Source of the DNA: an uncultured bacterium
GTDB taxonomy: Bacteria; Krumholzibacteriota; Krumholzibacteriia; Krumholzibacteriales; Krumholzibacteriaceae
Length of the DNA stretch: 64,000 bases
Assembly: GCA_963813815.1 (NCBI GenBank)
Contig: CAWFAD010000007.1
Span: 288,001-352,000 of the forward strand
Direction: 5' to 3'
This document shows positions 22,328 to 32,109 of the stretch, piece by piece (the first letter of the stretch is position 1; every line of letters starts with the position of its first letter). The notes under the pieces were generated by a model. That model was not told the origin of the DNA, ran no database searches, and saw nothing but the letters and a program-made list of their open reading frames with translations. The position numbers and the translations under genes are program-made.

Positions 22328-22672
22328 ATGGTCAAACGAATCATACTCCTCATGGCCCTCGTAGCCCTGCTCGGAACCACCGCCACCCAGGCGGTTACCG
22401 TCGGCAAGGGGAAGCGGGGACGCAACTTAGCCCGCTCGATCTACTACGTCGAGCAGCTCGAGAACGACAAGCACGCCGTGTACGAAAAGCACGGATTTCC
22501 CGTTCATAGGCTCCGCGAGCGGTGCGCGGGGCGGGTCGTCGAGCGGTGGACGTACTACGAGCTCGGGCTCGAGTTCACATTCGACGAGTCATCGCTGATC
22601 GTCGAAACGAGGACGTTTCTCCCCGAGGCGAGGCGCGAGGGGATCGAGAGGTTTCCCATACAGCGGTACTGA
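22328..22672 (+). CDS. Hypothetical secreted protein
   Basis: Signal peptide MVKRIILLMALVALLG; own promoter and terminator. Confidence 0.6.
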   Translation: MVKRIILLMALVALLGTTATQAVTVGKGKRGRNLARSIYYVEQLENDKHAVYEKHGFPVHRLRERCAGRVVERWTYYELGLEFTFDESSLIVETRTFLPEARREGIERFPIQRY

Positions 22673-22719
22673 GTATCTTCGCAGCTGGGGTGCGTGAGGG
22701 CTGCCCATCTCAGCCCGAG

Positions 22720-22762
22720 ACCGGGGGCGGGGAGATATTTCTCTCTCGCCCCCGGTCCTTTT
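22720..22762 (+). terminator. Rho-independent terminator
   Basis: ACCGGGGGCGGGGAGA/TCTCTCGCCCCCGGT stem followed by CCTTTT. Confidence 0.6.
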
Positions 22763-22902
22763 GAGCGGCCTCCGTACGGGGAAAAAATAGTTGAATTATC
22801 AAGCCATAGTTGATATATTGCCCGGCGTAGGATTCATGGCGCCGCGCAAGAGTTGGTTCTCAACCAATTGTTGATAAATCAATTAAACTGGAGAGGTGAT
22901 TC

Positions 22903-24288
22903 ATGAGCTGCGGCAAGTCACATGGCAGGGTAACGATCGCCCCGAACGAGGTTCACCAGAGCCTCGCCAAGCACATGCTCGTCGACGGTTTTCCCTTCAT
23001 CCTCGATATGGATCGAAGCCACGGGACCTATTTGGTCGACAAGGCGACGGGCAAGGAGTACCTCGATTTCTTCACCTACTTCGCCTCGAACGCCCTCGGC
23101 CACAATCATCCCGGTCTCATGGAAAAGAGCTTCCACAAGCGCATCGGCGAGATCGCGATCGTGAAACCGTCGAACTCCGATCTCTACACGGTCGAAATGG
23201 CCGAGTTCGTCGAGACCTTCGCCCGCGTGGCGGTGCCGCCGGAGCTGCCGAATCTCTTCTTCATCGACGGCGGCGCGCTCGGCGTCGAGAACGCCTTGAA
23301 GGCCGCCTTCGACTGGAAGGTCCGCAAGAATTTCGCGCGGGGCTACAAGGAAGAGAAGGGAACTCAGGTCATCCATTTCCGTGAGGCCTTCCACGGCCGC
23401 ACCGGGTACACGCTCTCCCTCACCAACACCGACCCGGCGAAGACGAACTACTTCCCGAAGTTCAAGTGGCCGCGCATCGAGAACCCGAAGGTCGCCTTCC
23501 CCATGGAGAGGCATCTCGACACGATCGTCGCCGCCGAGAAACGCGCGGTCGAGGCGATCGAGAAGGCGATCGCGGAGAACAAGGACGATATCGCCGCCAT
23601 CATCATCGAGCCGATTCAGGGGGAGGGCGGGGACAACCATTTCCGCGGAGAGTTTTTCCGCGAGCTCCGCAGAATCGCCGACGAGCGCGAGGTTATCCTC
23701 GTGTTCGACGAGGTGCAGACGGGCATGGGCGCGACGGGCAAGATGTGGTGCTACGAGCACTTCGGCATCCGTCCGGACATCCTCGCCTTCGGCAAAAAAG
23801 CGCAGGTTTGCGGCATCATGGCGAGCAACCGGCTGAATGAGGTCGAGAGCGTATTCAAGGTCTCGAGCCGCATCAACTCGACCTGGGGCGGAAACCTCGT
23901 CGACATGTACCGCGCCAAGCGCATACTCGAGGTCATGGAGGAGGACCATCTCGTCGAGAACGCCGCGAAGATGGGAGCGGTGCTCGAGAAGCATCTCGTC
24001 GATCTCGAGAAGCGCTGGCCGGATCTCATCTCGAACGCTCGCGGCAAGGGGCTCTTCTGCGCGTTCGATCTGCCCGACGCGGCGTGCCGCGACGCGCTGC
24101 TGACGACGATCATCAAGCACGGTCTTCTCGTTCTCAAGTGCGGAACGAAGACGATTCGCTTCCGCCCGCCGCTCAACGTGAAGAAGGAAGAGATCGACAA
24201 GGCGGCCGGCATCATCGAGGCGGCTCTCAAGGAATACCGCGGGCACGCGTGCGCGGGGGACGCCTCGGGCGCCGTGCATACCGAGTAA
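22903..24288 (+). CDS. lat: L-lysine 6-transaminase (class III aminotransferase)
   Basis: KPSNSD, GALGVENALKAAFDWK, FHGRTGY, DEVQTG, FGKK, RINSTWGG. Confidence 0.88.
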   Translation: MSCGKSHGRVTIAPNEVHQSLAKHMLVDGFPFILDMDRSHGTYLVDKATGKEYLDFFTYFASNALGHNHPGLMEKSFHKRIGEIAIVKPSNSDLYTVEMAEFVETFARVAVPPELPNLFFIDGGALGVENALKAAFDWKVRKNFARGYKEEKGTQVIHFREAFHGRTGYTLSLTNTDPAKTNYFPKFKWPRIENPKVAFPMERHLDTIVAAEKRAVEAIEKAIAENKDDIAAIIIEPIQGEGGDNHFRGEFFRELRRIADEREVILVFDEVQTGMGATGKMWCYEHFGIRPDILAFGKKAQVCGIMASNRLNEVESVFKVSSRINSTWGGNLVDMYRAKRILEVMEEDHLVENAAKMGAVLEKHLVDLEKRWPDLISNARGKGLFCAFDLPDAACRDALLTTIIKHGLLVLKCGTKTIRFRPPLNVKKEEIDKAAGIIEAALKEYRGHACAGDASGAVHTE

Positions 24289-24340
24289 AGCCGGGCTCCG
24301 GCCCGAGAGACGAAGTCATGCCCTCCCCCCGGCGAGGGCA

Positions 24341-24370
24341 AAACGGCCCTCCCCGATGGGAGGGCCGTTT
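24341..24370. terminator. Bidirectional terminator between convergent genes
   Basis: AAACGGCCCTCCC-loop-GGGAGGGCCGTTT. Confidence 0.65.
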
Positions 24371-24394
24371 CATGTCGGGGCTCGGTCGGGCCGC

Positions 24395-24667
24395 CTATTT
24401 TTTCTTGTGATCCTTTGTCTTCGTGGAATCGTGCTCGATGGCGCCGCCGGATCCGCTCTTCTCCTCGGTCTCCCGTTTCTTGAAATCCTGCTTGCGGTAA
24501 TCGGTCGTGTAGAAGCCGCTTCCCTTGAGAATGTGCCCGACTGGCTGGATGACGCGATAGACGCCGCCGCGGCATTTCGGGCAGCGGCGGCGCGGCGGGT
24601 CCGTGATGCGTTGATCGAAATCGAACTCGTGCCCGCACTTCTCGCATGAGTATCTATAGGTGACCAC
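24395..24667 (-). CDS. FmdB-family zinc-ribbon protein
   Basis: Y.Y.CEKCG...CPKC, KGSGFYTTDY. Confidence 0.88.
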   Translation of the reverse strand: MVTYRYSCEKCGHEFDFDQRITDPPRRRCPKCRGGVYRVIQPVGHILKGSGFYTTDYRKQDFKKRETEEKSGSGGAIEHDSTKTKDHKKK

Positions 24668-24870
24668 GGCTTTTCCTTTCGAGAGGGCCTCTCGGCCCGC
24701 ACCGGGAAAAAGTATACGCCGGACGCGGAAAAATCAAGGGAAAGGTGCCGGGGGCGCCGGGCCCGCTCATGCCACTATCTTCTTGCCGCGAATTATGTTA
24801 CAATATACCTTTAACCCGGTTCTCACGGTTTCGGACAACGCGGAAGCAACATCGATCCCAGGAGGCTTTC

Positions 24871-27183
24871 ATGAAACGATCAAGCGTCGTGGCAGCGCTC
24901 GTTCTCCTCGCGGTTGCGCTCATCGCGGCGATCGCGCCGGCGACGGCCGGAGAGGTGACCGCGCTCGTGCGAGTCCAGCTCGGCAAGGGGCTCGATCAGC
25001 GCGCGCTCGTCGAACACGACGTCGATATACTGCTGATCCGGCCCGACGGGCTCGCCGACCTCGCCGTCACGGACGAGCAGCTCGCTTGGCTCTCCTCCTT
25101 CGGCGTTCCCGTGGCCGTGCTGGAGCGCACCGCGCTCGCGGGGACCGCCGCGATCGACGCGAACCTCGGGGCCTACTACACCTACGCGGAGATGGAGGCC
25201 TCCCTCGACTCGCTGGCGGAGCGATTCCCCGCTCTCACGCGGATCGACACGCTCGGGACGAGCATCGAGGGCCGGCTCATCCGCGCGATCAAGATTTCTG
25301 ACAACGCCGCGGTCGACGAGGCGGAGCCCGAGGCGCTCATCATCGCCTGCCTCCACGCGCGGGAGATCATGACGGTGGATGTGACGCTGCGGTTCGCCGC
25401 GTACCTGCTCGAGCACTACGGGGACCCGCGCGTCGCAGAGATCGTCGACAACCGGGAAGTATGGATCGTTCCGATGACCAACCCCGACGGACACGTTTAC
25501 GTCGAGATGAACCACGACGACGCGTCCTACACCTGGTGGCGGAAGAACCGCCGCCTGAACCTCGACGGAAGCTACGGCGTCGATCTCAACCGGAACTTCG
25601 GCTATATGTGGGGATACGACGACGTCGGGAGCTCGCCGACTCCTTCGTCGCTCCTCTACCGCGGAACGGCGCCCTTCAGCGAGCCCGAGACGCAGGCCGT
25701 GCGGGATTTCTGCGCGGCGCACGAGTTCACGGTGAATCTCTCGTACCACTCCTACGGCGAGCTCATTCTGTATCCGTGGGGATACGCGCCGATTTTCCCC
25801 GACGATCAGGAGCTCTTTTCGGCGCTCGGGGACTCGCTTTCCGAAGGGAACGACTATCTCGTCGGCAACTCGGCGACGGGCGCGATCTACATCACGAACG
25901 GAGGCAGCGACGACTGGATGTACGGCGACGTCGTCTCCAAGAACCGCGTCTTCGGTTTCACGATCGAGCTCAACACCTACGAAGAGGGCGGGTTTGGCCC
26001 CCCCGAGTCGCTCATTCTCCCGACGTTCAACAAAATGCTCGAGCTCAACCTGCGGTTCCTCGAGTACGCGGACAATCCGGCGCGCATGCTCGGGCCGCTG
26101 GCGCCCGAAATGAACGCGATCACGATGCTCAACCCGCCCGCCTACGAGATATCGTGGCTGCCGGATGGGGACGACCCCAACCCCGCGCTGTCCTACGACC
26201 TCGTTGAATACCGGAACCTGCGGAGCGTGATCGACAGCTGCGAGGCGGGGGACGAGCTGTGGACGCCGGACGGCTTCACGATCTCGACGGCGCGCGTGAA
26301 GGTGGGGGCCGCGAGCTGGTACTCGGGGACCGGAGACAATCTCAAGAACACCCTCTCCATGACCTATCTCTACCCGATGGGCTATCCCGCCACGTTCACG
26401 TGCTGGCTCTGGTACGACATCGAGACCAACTACGATTACGCGTATCTCGAGGTGAGCGCGGATCAGGGCGTGAAGTGGAGCACCGTGCCGGGCAACCGGA
26501 CGACGGACTCCGATCCGAACGGCGTAAACAGGGGGAACGGCATCACGGGAAAGACGGGCAGCTGGACCTCGGCGACCTTCGACCTCACGGGCTTTCTCAC
26601 GGGCGGCAACGGGTACCTCCTCGTCCGGTTCTCGTACGAGACGGACAGCGCCGTGTACGAGGAGGGGCTCTACGTCGATCTCACATCGCCGACGGTCCGC
26701 TGCGACGGACGCACGACCCTCGCGAGCGGCCTTCGGGAGACGTGGTATCACCGCTGGCCCTCGGAGCTCGGAACGTACGCCTACCTTGCGCGCGGCATCG
26801 ACGCCGACGGGCAATTGGGCCGCTGGAGCGGTCTCGCGACGCACGTCGTCGACGACCTCACGGACGCGCCGCCGCAGCCGCCGCTCCGCTCCGCGCTCGC
26901 GCAGAACTTCCCGAATCCCTTCAATCCCTCGACCGCCCTATCCTTTACCGTGGGTGCGGACGAGGCGCCCGCCGGCGCGGCCGTGCCGGTGCGGCTCGAG
27001 CTGTTCGACGTCGCGGGCAGACGGATCGCCGTTCTCGTCGACGCGGCGCTCGAGCCGGGCGTATACTCGGCCCCTTGGAGCGCCCGCTCCTCGAGCGGGC
27101 GGCCGGTCGCGGCGGGGGTGTACCTCGCGCGGCTCGCCGTGGGGGAGAGAACGTTCACCCGGAAGCTCGTGCTCGTGCGGTAA
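24871..27183 (+). CDS. Secreted M14 zinc carboxypeptidase (carboxypeptidase T-like) with C-terminal FlgD-Ig/T9SS-like domain
   Basis: HARE, NPDG, WRKNR, GVDLNRN, HSY; C-terminal QNFPNPFNPST...GVYLARL...KLVLVR. Confidence 0.88.
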   Translation: MKRSSVVAALVLLAVALIAAIAPATAGEVTALVRVQLGKGLDQRALVEHDVDILLIRPDGLADLAVTDEQLAWLSSFGVPVAVLERTALAGTAAIDANLGAYYTYAEMEASLDSLAERFPALTRIDTLGTSIEGRLIRAIKISDNAAVDEAEPEALIIACLHAREIMTVDVTLRFAAYLLEHYGDPRVAEIVDNREVWIVPMTNPDGHVYVEMNHDDASYTWWRKNRRLNLDGSYGVDLNRNFGYMWGYDDVGSSPTPSSLLYRGTAPFSEPETQAVRDFCAAHEFTVNLSYHSYGELILYPWGYAPIFPDDQELFSALGDSLSEGNDYLVGNSATGAIYITNGGSDDWMYGDVVSKNRVFGFTIELNTYEEGGFGPPESLILPTFNKMLELNLRFLEYADNPARMLGPLAPEMNAITMLNPPAYEISWLPDGDDPNPALSYDLVEYRNLRSVIDSCEAGDELWTPDGFTISTARVKVGAASWYSGTGDNLKNTLSMTYLYPMGYPATFTCWLWYDIETNYDYAYLEVSADQGVKWSTVPGNRTTDSDPNGVNRGNGITGKTGSWTSATFDLTGFLTGGNGYLLVRFSYETDSAVYEEGLYVDLTSPTVRCDGRTTLASGLRETWYHRWPSELGTYAYLARGIDADGQLGRWSGLATHVVDDLTDAPPQPPLRSALAQNFPNPFNPSTALSFTVGADEAPAGAAVPVRLELFDVAGRRIAVLVDAALEPGVYSAPWSARSSSGRPVAAGVYLARLAVGERTFTRKLVLVR

Positions 27184-27223
27184 CGGCGCGTCGGGCGAAC
27201 GACGCATCGAGCGGGGTTCACGG

Positions 27224-28210
27224 ATGAAGTGGAAATATCTCGTCGGGATTCTCATGAGCGCGACCTTCGTCTTCCTCGCGTTCCGAAAAGTGAATTTCGA
27301 CGAGCTCGGCGCGGCCCTCGGGAGCGCCCGCTACGAGATGGTCATCCCGGCCGTCGTCCTCATGGTCGCGAGTCTGTGGCTCCGCGCGCTGCGCTGGCGC
27401 TATTTGATGGCGCCGGTCAAGCGGATCGGTTTCGGGAGCCTGTTCCGCTCCATGTCGATTGGACTGATGGCCAACAACGTTCTCCCCGCGCGAATCGGTG
27501 AGCTCGCCCGGGCGCACGTAATCGGCGAAAAGGAAACGATCAGCCGGAGCGCCGCTTTCGCCACGATCGTCGTCGAGCGCGTGTTCGACGGCCTGACGCT
27601 TCTGTGCATTCTGGGTATCGTTTTGCTCGCCGGCCTGGATTTCCCCCCGTGGCTCCAAAGAGCCTCCGTCGCCGCGATCGTCTTTTACGGCTGTGCGCTC
27701 GTCGTCCTCGCGGTATTCTTCCTGAGGGCTCAGGCGGTCCTGCTGCTTGTGGAACGGCTCGCGCGGCCGCTCCCGGCCCGAGCACGGGAAACGATAAACC
27801 GCGCGGCGCGCGCGTTCGCGAAGGGGCTCGGCGTTCTCGGTTCGGGCCCGGACGTCCTGATTGCCGCGGCCATTTCGCCGCTCGTCTGGCTGCCGGGCGT
27901 GGCGATGATCCATCTGCTTCTCTACTCGTTCGGCATTCATCTGCCGGCGGCGATTTCGTTTCTTCTGCAGGTTGCGCTCTGCATCGGGGTTATGATACCA
28001 TCGGCCCCCGGATACATCGGCACGATCCAATACGTCAGCGTCGCCGTGCTCGGCCTGTTCGGCGTCGCCAGCGGGCAAGCGTTGAGCTTTTCGCTCGTGT
28101 ATCACGCGTGCGTGTTCGTGCCGGTCGTGGCCATCGGGCTTGTGTGCCTCGCGATCGAACGGGTTTCGTTCAGCGAGATCAACGTGCTGGCGAAACGCCG
28201 CGCCGAGTGA
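27224..28210 (+). CDS. Lysylphosphatidylglycerol synthase TM (UPF0104) flippase-like protein
   Basis: RALRW, NNVLPARIGE, VERVFD, PSAPGYIG. Confidence 0.85.
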   Translation: MKWKYLVGILMSATFVFLAFRKVNFDELGAALGSARYEMVIPAVVLMVASLWLRALRWRYLMAPVKRIGFGSLFRSMSIGLMANNVLPARIGELARAHVIGEKETISRSAAFATIVVERVFDGLTLLCILGIVLLAGLDFPPWLQRASVAAIVFYGCALVVLAVFFLRAQAVLLLVERLARPLPARARETINRAARAFAKGLGVLGSGPDVLIAAAISPLVWLPGVAMIHLLLYSFGIHLPAAISFLLQVALCIGVMIPSAPGYIGTIQYVSVAVLGLFGVASGQALSFSLVYHACVFVPVVAIGLVCLAIERVSFSEINVLAKRRAE

Positions 28211-28277
28211 CCGGTTCGATCGCCGGGGGCCGGGCAAGTCGATCCTCTCCCGGAACGAACAGCGAAAGGAGCGGGGA

Positions 28278-29222
28278 ATGAACAGACTGTACAGCGCGGC
28301 CAAACAAGCGATCGTGGGATCGCTCAAGATCAAGAAGGGGGAGAAGCTGCTCCTCGTCACGGACAAGCAGAAGATGCCGATCGCCGAAGCGCTCGCATTC
28401 TGGGCGAATAAGCAGGGTGCCGAGACGACCACCTACCTCATGACGGAGACCCTTCGGCCGATCGCCGCTCCGACGTCGATCTTCAAGACGATGATCGAGC
28501 AGGCGAACGTCACGATGTATATGCTCGAGGGCCGTGTCGCCGAAAAGCCCTTCCGCGGCTTCATGGTGGCGAACGGAGCCAAATTCGGCCGCATCTGCAT
28601 GATGCCCGGCATCACGGTCGACATGATGGAACGTCTCGTTAACATCGATTTCTCGAAGATGGACGCCCTCACCCGGAAGGTCATCCGGACCATCAAGGAC
28701 TGCCCCGCCGTGCGCGTCACGAACAGACTCGGCACGGACATAACGTTCAGCGTCGCCGGGCGCACATGGGAGAACGACAACGGCGACATCGGCGCGCCGG
28801 GAAAACACGGCAATCTGCCAGCCGGCGAATGTTACACCGCGCCGGTGGAAAGCACCTTCACCGGGAAAATCGTCTTCAGCCTCATCGACGACAAGGTCGG
28901 CAGGGGAGAGATGGTGTTCAAGAAAGGCATTCTCGAAAGCTGGCGCGGGAAGGGGATCGAGGAGATCATGAAGGGGATCGGCTCCGACCGGACCGGACGC
29001 ATGATCGGAGAGTTCGGCATCGGCACGAACAAGGGCGCCAAGATCTGCAAGAACATGCTCGAGGCGGAGAAGGCTTTCGGCACCGTTCATTTCGCCATCG
29101 GGGACAGCTACGGTCTCGGGAAGAGCAAAAGCAAGTTCCATTTCGACGCGCTCGTCGAAAAGGTGACGCTCGTCGCCGGACGAAAGACGCTCATACAGAA
29201 CGGAAATTATCTCGTGAAGTGA
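28278..29222 (+). CDS. M29-like aminopeptidase
   Basis: GNLPAGE, GEFGIGTN, EK..GTVHFAIG, HFD. Confidence 0.82.
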   Translation: MNRLYSAAKQAIVGSLKIKKGEKLLLVTDKQKMPIAEALAFWANKQGAETTTYLMTETLRPIAAPTSIFKTMIEQANVTMYMLEGRVAEKPFRGFMVANGAKFGRICMMPGITVDMMERLVNIDFSKMDALTRKVIRTIKDCPAVRVTNRLGTDITFSVAGRTWENDNGDIGAPGKHGNLPAGECYTAPVESTFTGKIVFSLIDDKVGRGEMVFKKGILESWRGKGIEEIMKGIGSDRTGRMIGEFGIGTNKGAKICKNMLEAEKAFGTVHFAIGDSYGLGKSKSKFHFDALVEKVTLVAGRKTLIQNGNYLVK

Positions 29223-29250
29223 ACGTCGCGGAGGCGCTTCGACATCGCCG

Positions 29251-30711
29251 TCAGAGGGACGGGCCCGGCTGCAACCGGGCCCGTTTGCGTTTCACGACGA
29301 TGTTGCGCGCAGCGGCGATGAGTCCGAAGAAAATCCAGATGAAATACATGTAAACGTCGTTCCGAGGGTAATCGACCTTTATCTGATCGATCATGAAGAT
29401 CAGGAGCGTGACGTTGAATATCATGAGAAGGGCGTCCGGGAAAGACGATCGTCGAATCGAACTTCCGAGCGTCACTGAGCTCGCCCGCCAAAGACGCCAG
29501 AGAAGGAACAGGAACGTGGAAAGTCCGAACAACCCCGTGATATTGAAGTAGAAAAGATAGAGATTGTGGGGCCAGAGGGCGGTTTCGAACGCCTTCGAAA
29601 AATCCCATCCGGGGCCGTGCCCGATGATCGGATGCTCGAGAGCGCGTGCGAGCGCGCCGCCCCAGGCGAGAACGCGGTTCTCGGGAATGACACCGACTTC
29701 GAAGGTCGTCTCGATCATTCGGCCGAAGAGGGATCCGGAAATCGTATACCGAGCCACGAGGAAATCGACGACGAGAACGAGCACGAGAAACGACGACAGG
29801 AGCGATACGAGCCGCACGAAGGTGAGATCGCGCCGGAAGGTCCACGCCATGTAGACGAGCCCGACTGAAAGGCTGATGAACGCCCCGCGCGTTATCGTCG
29901 AAAACATCATGACGATATCCGCCAGGAGAAGCAGCGTGTAGAGACTCCGCGTCAGAGAGCGCGTCGATCGTATCAACATCAGCAGAATAAAGGGGACGTT
30001 CATCGCGAAGAACTCGGCGACGAGCTCGAAATCATGGAACGGTCCGCCGACCCGGACATCCTTCATGACGAGCTGCACCTTATGCTGCGTGTACAGCCAG
30101 CCGGGAATGAGCGGCCTTCCTGGGAAGAGCATCTCGAGAATCGTGAAGGCGATGACCGCCGTCGCCGTTATCATCATGACGCGCATCGCCGTTTCGAGAC
30201 GCTTCTCCGTGTCGACGAAATTGGTGATCATGTAGAACAGGAGCACGCAGGCGATCACATTTCCGGTGTGCACGAAAGCAAAGCGCAAGGCGTACGGTTC
30301 CGTGGATAGATTGTAGAAAGAGACCATGTACGACATCATGAAGAGGGCGATCGGTAGATTGAACGTCCGGTCCAGGCGGAACGTGGCGATTCTGGCAGAA
30401 ACGCGAATGAGGTATATGAGGAACACTGCGATGACGAACACGAACGTCGAGTTTCCGACGACGATCGCGAAAGGGAAAGGATAAATGACGAGCAGAATCC
30501 AGAGGGCGTTGATCGTCGAGTTGGACCAGAGGACGTAAACGAGCAAAGCGCCCGCAACGGCTTCGATCATGCGTTTAGCCGGATGCACGATCTGGGAGGC
30601 GAGCAGCGCGCCGGCGCCCGCGATAAAGAGTACGAGCACCGTCCGTGAGAGCACCGGACGCCGGCGGCGGAGCCGCTCGTCGTCCGCAGTTATCGATTCG
30701 GCGTTCTTCAT
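29251..30711 (-). CDS. O-antigen ligase / Wzy-like membrane protein
   Basis: Multi-TM; TITRG, HPIIGHG, PHNLYL, TGLFG. Confidence 0.8.
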   Translation of the reverse strand: MKNAESITADDERLRRRRPVLSRTVLVLFIAGAGALLASQIVHPAKRMIEAVAGALLVYVLWSNSTINALWILLVIYPFPFAIVVGNSTFVFVIAVFLIYLIRVSARIATFRLDRTFNLPIALFMMSYMVSFYNLSTEPYALRFAFVHTGNVIACVLLFYMITNFVDTEKRLETAMRVMMITATAVIAFTILEMLFPGRPLIPGWLYTQHKVQLVMKDVRVGGPFHDFELVAEFFAMNVPFILLMLIRSTRSLTRSLYTLLLLADIVMMFSTITRGAFISLSVGLVYMAWTFRRDLTFVRLVSLLSSFLVLVLVVDFLVARYTISGSLFGRMIETTFEVGVIPENRVLAWGGALARALEHPIIGHGPGWDFSKAFETALWPHNLYLFYFNITGLFGLSTFLFLLWRLWRASSVTLGSSIRRSSFPDALLMIFNVTLLIFMIDQIKVDYPRNDVYMYFIWIFFGLIAAARNIVVKRKRARLQPGPSL

Positions 30712-30767
30712 GGCACTGCTGAGGTCAATGCAATAATAATACCCCCGCGGCCCGGCGGCGACGCTTT

Positions 30768-31943
30768 TCAGGACACGAGATAGATCTCGCGCTGCGGATG
30801 CGAGAGGAATTCTCCTCCGTCGGACCGGACGACAATGATCTCTTCCATCGTCGCAACGCCGTACCCCGCAACGGTAATGCGCGGTTCGAGCGTGTAGACC
30901 TGGTTCTCTTCGATCTTGAGATAGGGGAGATTTCCATAGCGCTCCCACTCGGGGCAGAGGAGCCCCGCGCCGTCGTGCGCGTGCCGGCCCACCTGATGGC
31001 CGAGCGCATGGGGAAACTCGGCGTACCCGCGGTCGGTGATATAGCTTCTCGCGATCGAATCCACGGCTCTTCCTTCCATTCCCGGACGGATCCGATCCGC
31101 GGCGAGGGCGATCGCGTCGCGGATTGTTTCGAACGCCCGCATGACCTCAGTGGGAGCTTCTTTTTCATTTTGGCGCAGGAAGTACCACGTGCGCTGGAGA
31201 TCGGAGACGTAGCGCTCGATCTTCACGCCGAAATCGATGTTGAGAATGTGCCCGGGCTCGATCGCTCGGTCCGTCGGCCCGGCGTGGGCGCCGGCGGATT
31301 CGGGCCCGGTGAACACCGATGGGCAGAGCTCGCGCTCCCAGGCCGGTTCGACTCCCCTGCGGTCCACCTCGCCGAGAATGAACGAGGCAATGTCGCGCTC
31401 GGTCCGGCCGGATTTCATGAATGCCGATACCTGTTCGAAGATCTCTTCGGTGACATCGATGGCTGCGCCGATGCGCCGGATCTCTTCGCGGCTCTTTCGC
31501 CCCCGAAGCTTCGCGACGATGCTCTCGGAGCTCATGAAACGTGCCGCGTAGGGCGTCCCTTCGAGATAGCGGATGAGGCTCAGGAAGAGCCCGTGGCTCA
31601 GCCCGTCGGCCAGGACGGCGCTTTCCGAATAGTTGAGGGCGATCTTCTTCGGAGCGAGCCGATTGAGCTGCTCGATGAGAACTCCCTTGATAGATTGCTG
31701 GTAGCCGATAACGTCATAACCGCCCGTCTCGCGGATGCGAGCCTCGTCGAGGCTCCCGACGATCGCGACGGGCCGGCCGCGCACCGGTATCATGAAGGCC
31801 GAATGCCACGTGCAGTTAGCCCCGAGTATGAGGTCGAGCACGGGATCGCCGTTCACTTCGCTCTCGCGGACGAACGTGAGCCAGAGGTCGATGCCCTCTT
31901 CGGCGAGGATTTCGGCCGATTGGGCGAGCTTCTCCTTGATCAT
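30768..31943 (-). CDS. M24 Xaa-Pro peptidase family
   Basis: DFG, SDLQRT, HALGH, HD, TLEP, EE. Confidence 0.88.
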   Translation of the reverse strand: MIKEKLAQSAEILAEEGIDLWLTFVRESEVNGDPVLDLILGANCTWHSAFMIPVRGRPVAIVGSLDEARIRETGGYDVIGYQQSIKGVLIEQLNRLAPKKIALNYSESAVLADGLSHGLFLSLIRYLEGTPYAARFMSSESIVAKLRGRKSREEIRRIGAAIDVTEEIFEQVSAFMKSGRTERDIASFILGEVDRRGVEPAWERELCPSVFTGPESAGAHAGPTDRAIEPGHILNIDFGVKIERYVSDLQRTWYFLRQNEKEAPTEVMRAFETIRDAIALAADRIRPGMEGRAVDSIARSYITDRGYAEFPHALGHQVGRHAHDGAGLLCPEWERYGNLPYLKIEENQVYTLEPRITVAGYGVATMEEIIVVRSDGGEFLSHPQREIYLVS

Positions 31944-32071
31944 GGCGGCGTGTCCTTTCCCGCTGCGGCATATGGATCAATTCGTTGCACGAAGGCATCA
32001 TAGCCCTGCGCATGCATTCCGGCAACAGCATTTCCCCGTGGCTCTCGGCGCGCTCCGCCCATTCCGCGGCG

Positions 32072-32100
32072 TTGCATTATTTCGCCGCGAAACATATACT
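32072..32100 (+). promoter_or_regulatory. sigma70 promoter of murB
   Basis: TTGCAT-N17-TATACT. Confidence 0.6.
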
Positions 32101-32109
32101 GGATTGACC

